Source of the DNA: Planctomycetota bacterium
Lineage (GTDB): Bacteria > Planctomycetota > GCA-002687715 > DRQF01
Direction: 5' to 3'
DNA: 16,058 nt
Assembly (NCBI GenBank): GCA_027001995.1
Contig: JALTLO010000088.1
Span: 61,277 to 77,334, forward strand
A model generated the notes under the pieces. It searched no databases. It had not been told where the DNA came from and worked only from the letters and a program-made list of their open reading frames with translations. This document shows, one piece after another, positions 15,314-16,058 of this stretch (positions are counted from its first letter, which is position 1; every line of letters starts with the position of its first letter). Both the position numbers and the translations under genes were made by a program.

Positions 15314-16058
15314 TCTGCTCATCCACAATGCGACTTGTGCCCGTGACGTCGATGATATTCTCGTCATCGATTTGCATATCCTTGGGCATGACCTCTGGTC
15401 CAGAGGTGTCGTTCTCGAAAGGTGATGGCGGCGGGTTGCCAAATTGTTGACCGAACTGGAAGAAACCCCCTGAAAGGCCCAGCCCTTCTCGAGCCTCAAC
15501 ACTGAGCCTTTCCTTAATACTGGTGAACAAGAAGTAAAACCCGATGAAGGGCGTGATCCACCATTGTTGTCCCGTGGTGAATAGGGGCAAAACGATCAGG
15601 AAACCGGCGAAGTAAAAGCCCACTTTGCAAGCGACACGGGTTCCTCGAAGCCTGCCGATCTTGGCACTGAGAATGGCCCTGAGGACACGGCCGCCGTCGC
15701 AGGGAAATGTTGGAATGAGGTTGAGGCAAGCCAGAAGCACGTTGAGGCCAAAGAAAACGATGAGAAGGTCATCTTGGAGAAAGGACCGGCGTTCTTCCAA
15801 GAAGAAGACGATTCTTTCGAATATAACTTCATCACTGCGGCCCAGCACTGCGATGACGGTGTAAGTGAGGGCTGCCAAGATCACGTTCATGGCGGGGCCA
15901 GCGATGGCAATCAGGCCTTCTTCTTTTGGATTCCTCAGTTCGCCTTCAATGCGAGCCATGCCACCCATGGGGGTGAGAATGACGTCGATGACTCGAACTC
16001 CTAAGAATCTGGCAGCAGCGGCGTGCCCCAGCTCGTGTAAGATGACGGTGGCAAATAG
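15306..16058 (-). CDS. Site-2 protease (M50 family intramembrane zinc metalloprotease), 5'-truncated by the window edge
   Basis: The frame is open to the window end and reads LFATVILHELGHAAAARFLGVRVIDVILTPMGG (HExxH at about 16023-16037). It continues with IAIAGPAMN and NLIPTFPCDGGRVLRA (NxxPxxxxDG). Confidence 0.93.
   Translation of the reverse strand, partial: LFATVILHELGHAAAARFLGVRVIDVILTPMGGMARIEGELRNPKEEGLIAIAGPAMNVILAALTYTVIAVLGRSDEVIFERIVFFLEERRSFLQDDLLIVFFGLNVLLACLNLIPTFPCDGGRVLRAILSAKIGRLRGTRVACKVGFYFAGFLIVLPLFTTGQQWWITPFIGFYFLFTSIKERLSVEAREGLGLSGGFFQFGQQFGNPPPSPFENDTSGPEVMPKDMQIDDENIIDVTGTSRIVDEQND

Noticed and set aside
15314..15502. N-terminal extension of the MFS ORF
   Set aside because: It lies inside the site-2 protease gene; family similarity starts just after ATG 15313.

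Overview
Gene-dense bacterial chromosomal window (roughly 50% GC by eye) with 13 protein-coding genes, two of them cut by the window edges. I saw no rRNA, tRNA, CRISPR array or mobile element. In order: a hypothetical protein; a murL-murD2 pair (alternative L-Glu/epimerase route of peptidoglycan stem synthesis); an exported alpha/beta hydrolase; an S9 peptidase; a bidirectional terminator; an exported thioredoxin-fold protein; a cyclophilin-type PPIase lipoprotein; a stand-alone Hanks-type Ser/Thr kinase; a thermonuclease-fold + GH113-like fusion; a GT-C-like membrane protein fused to a methyltransferase fold; a tail-anchored coiled-coil protein; an MFS transporter; and a site-2 protease. The main discovery is that two ORFs the ORF track treats as separate (7813-8208 and 7099-7785, minus strand) read as one 300-aa gene (7099-8001). 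It has a single in-frame TGA at the first redox position of a thioredoxin-like motif (Y-U-G-S-C), followed by a SECIS-like hairpin, so it is very probably an unannotated, exported selenoprotein. All family calls come from motif recognition by eye, not database searches.
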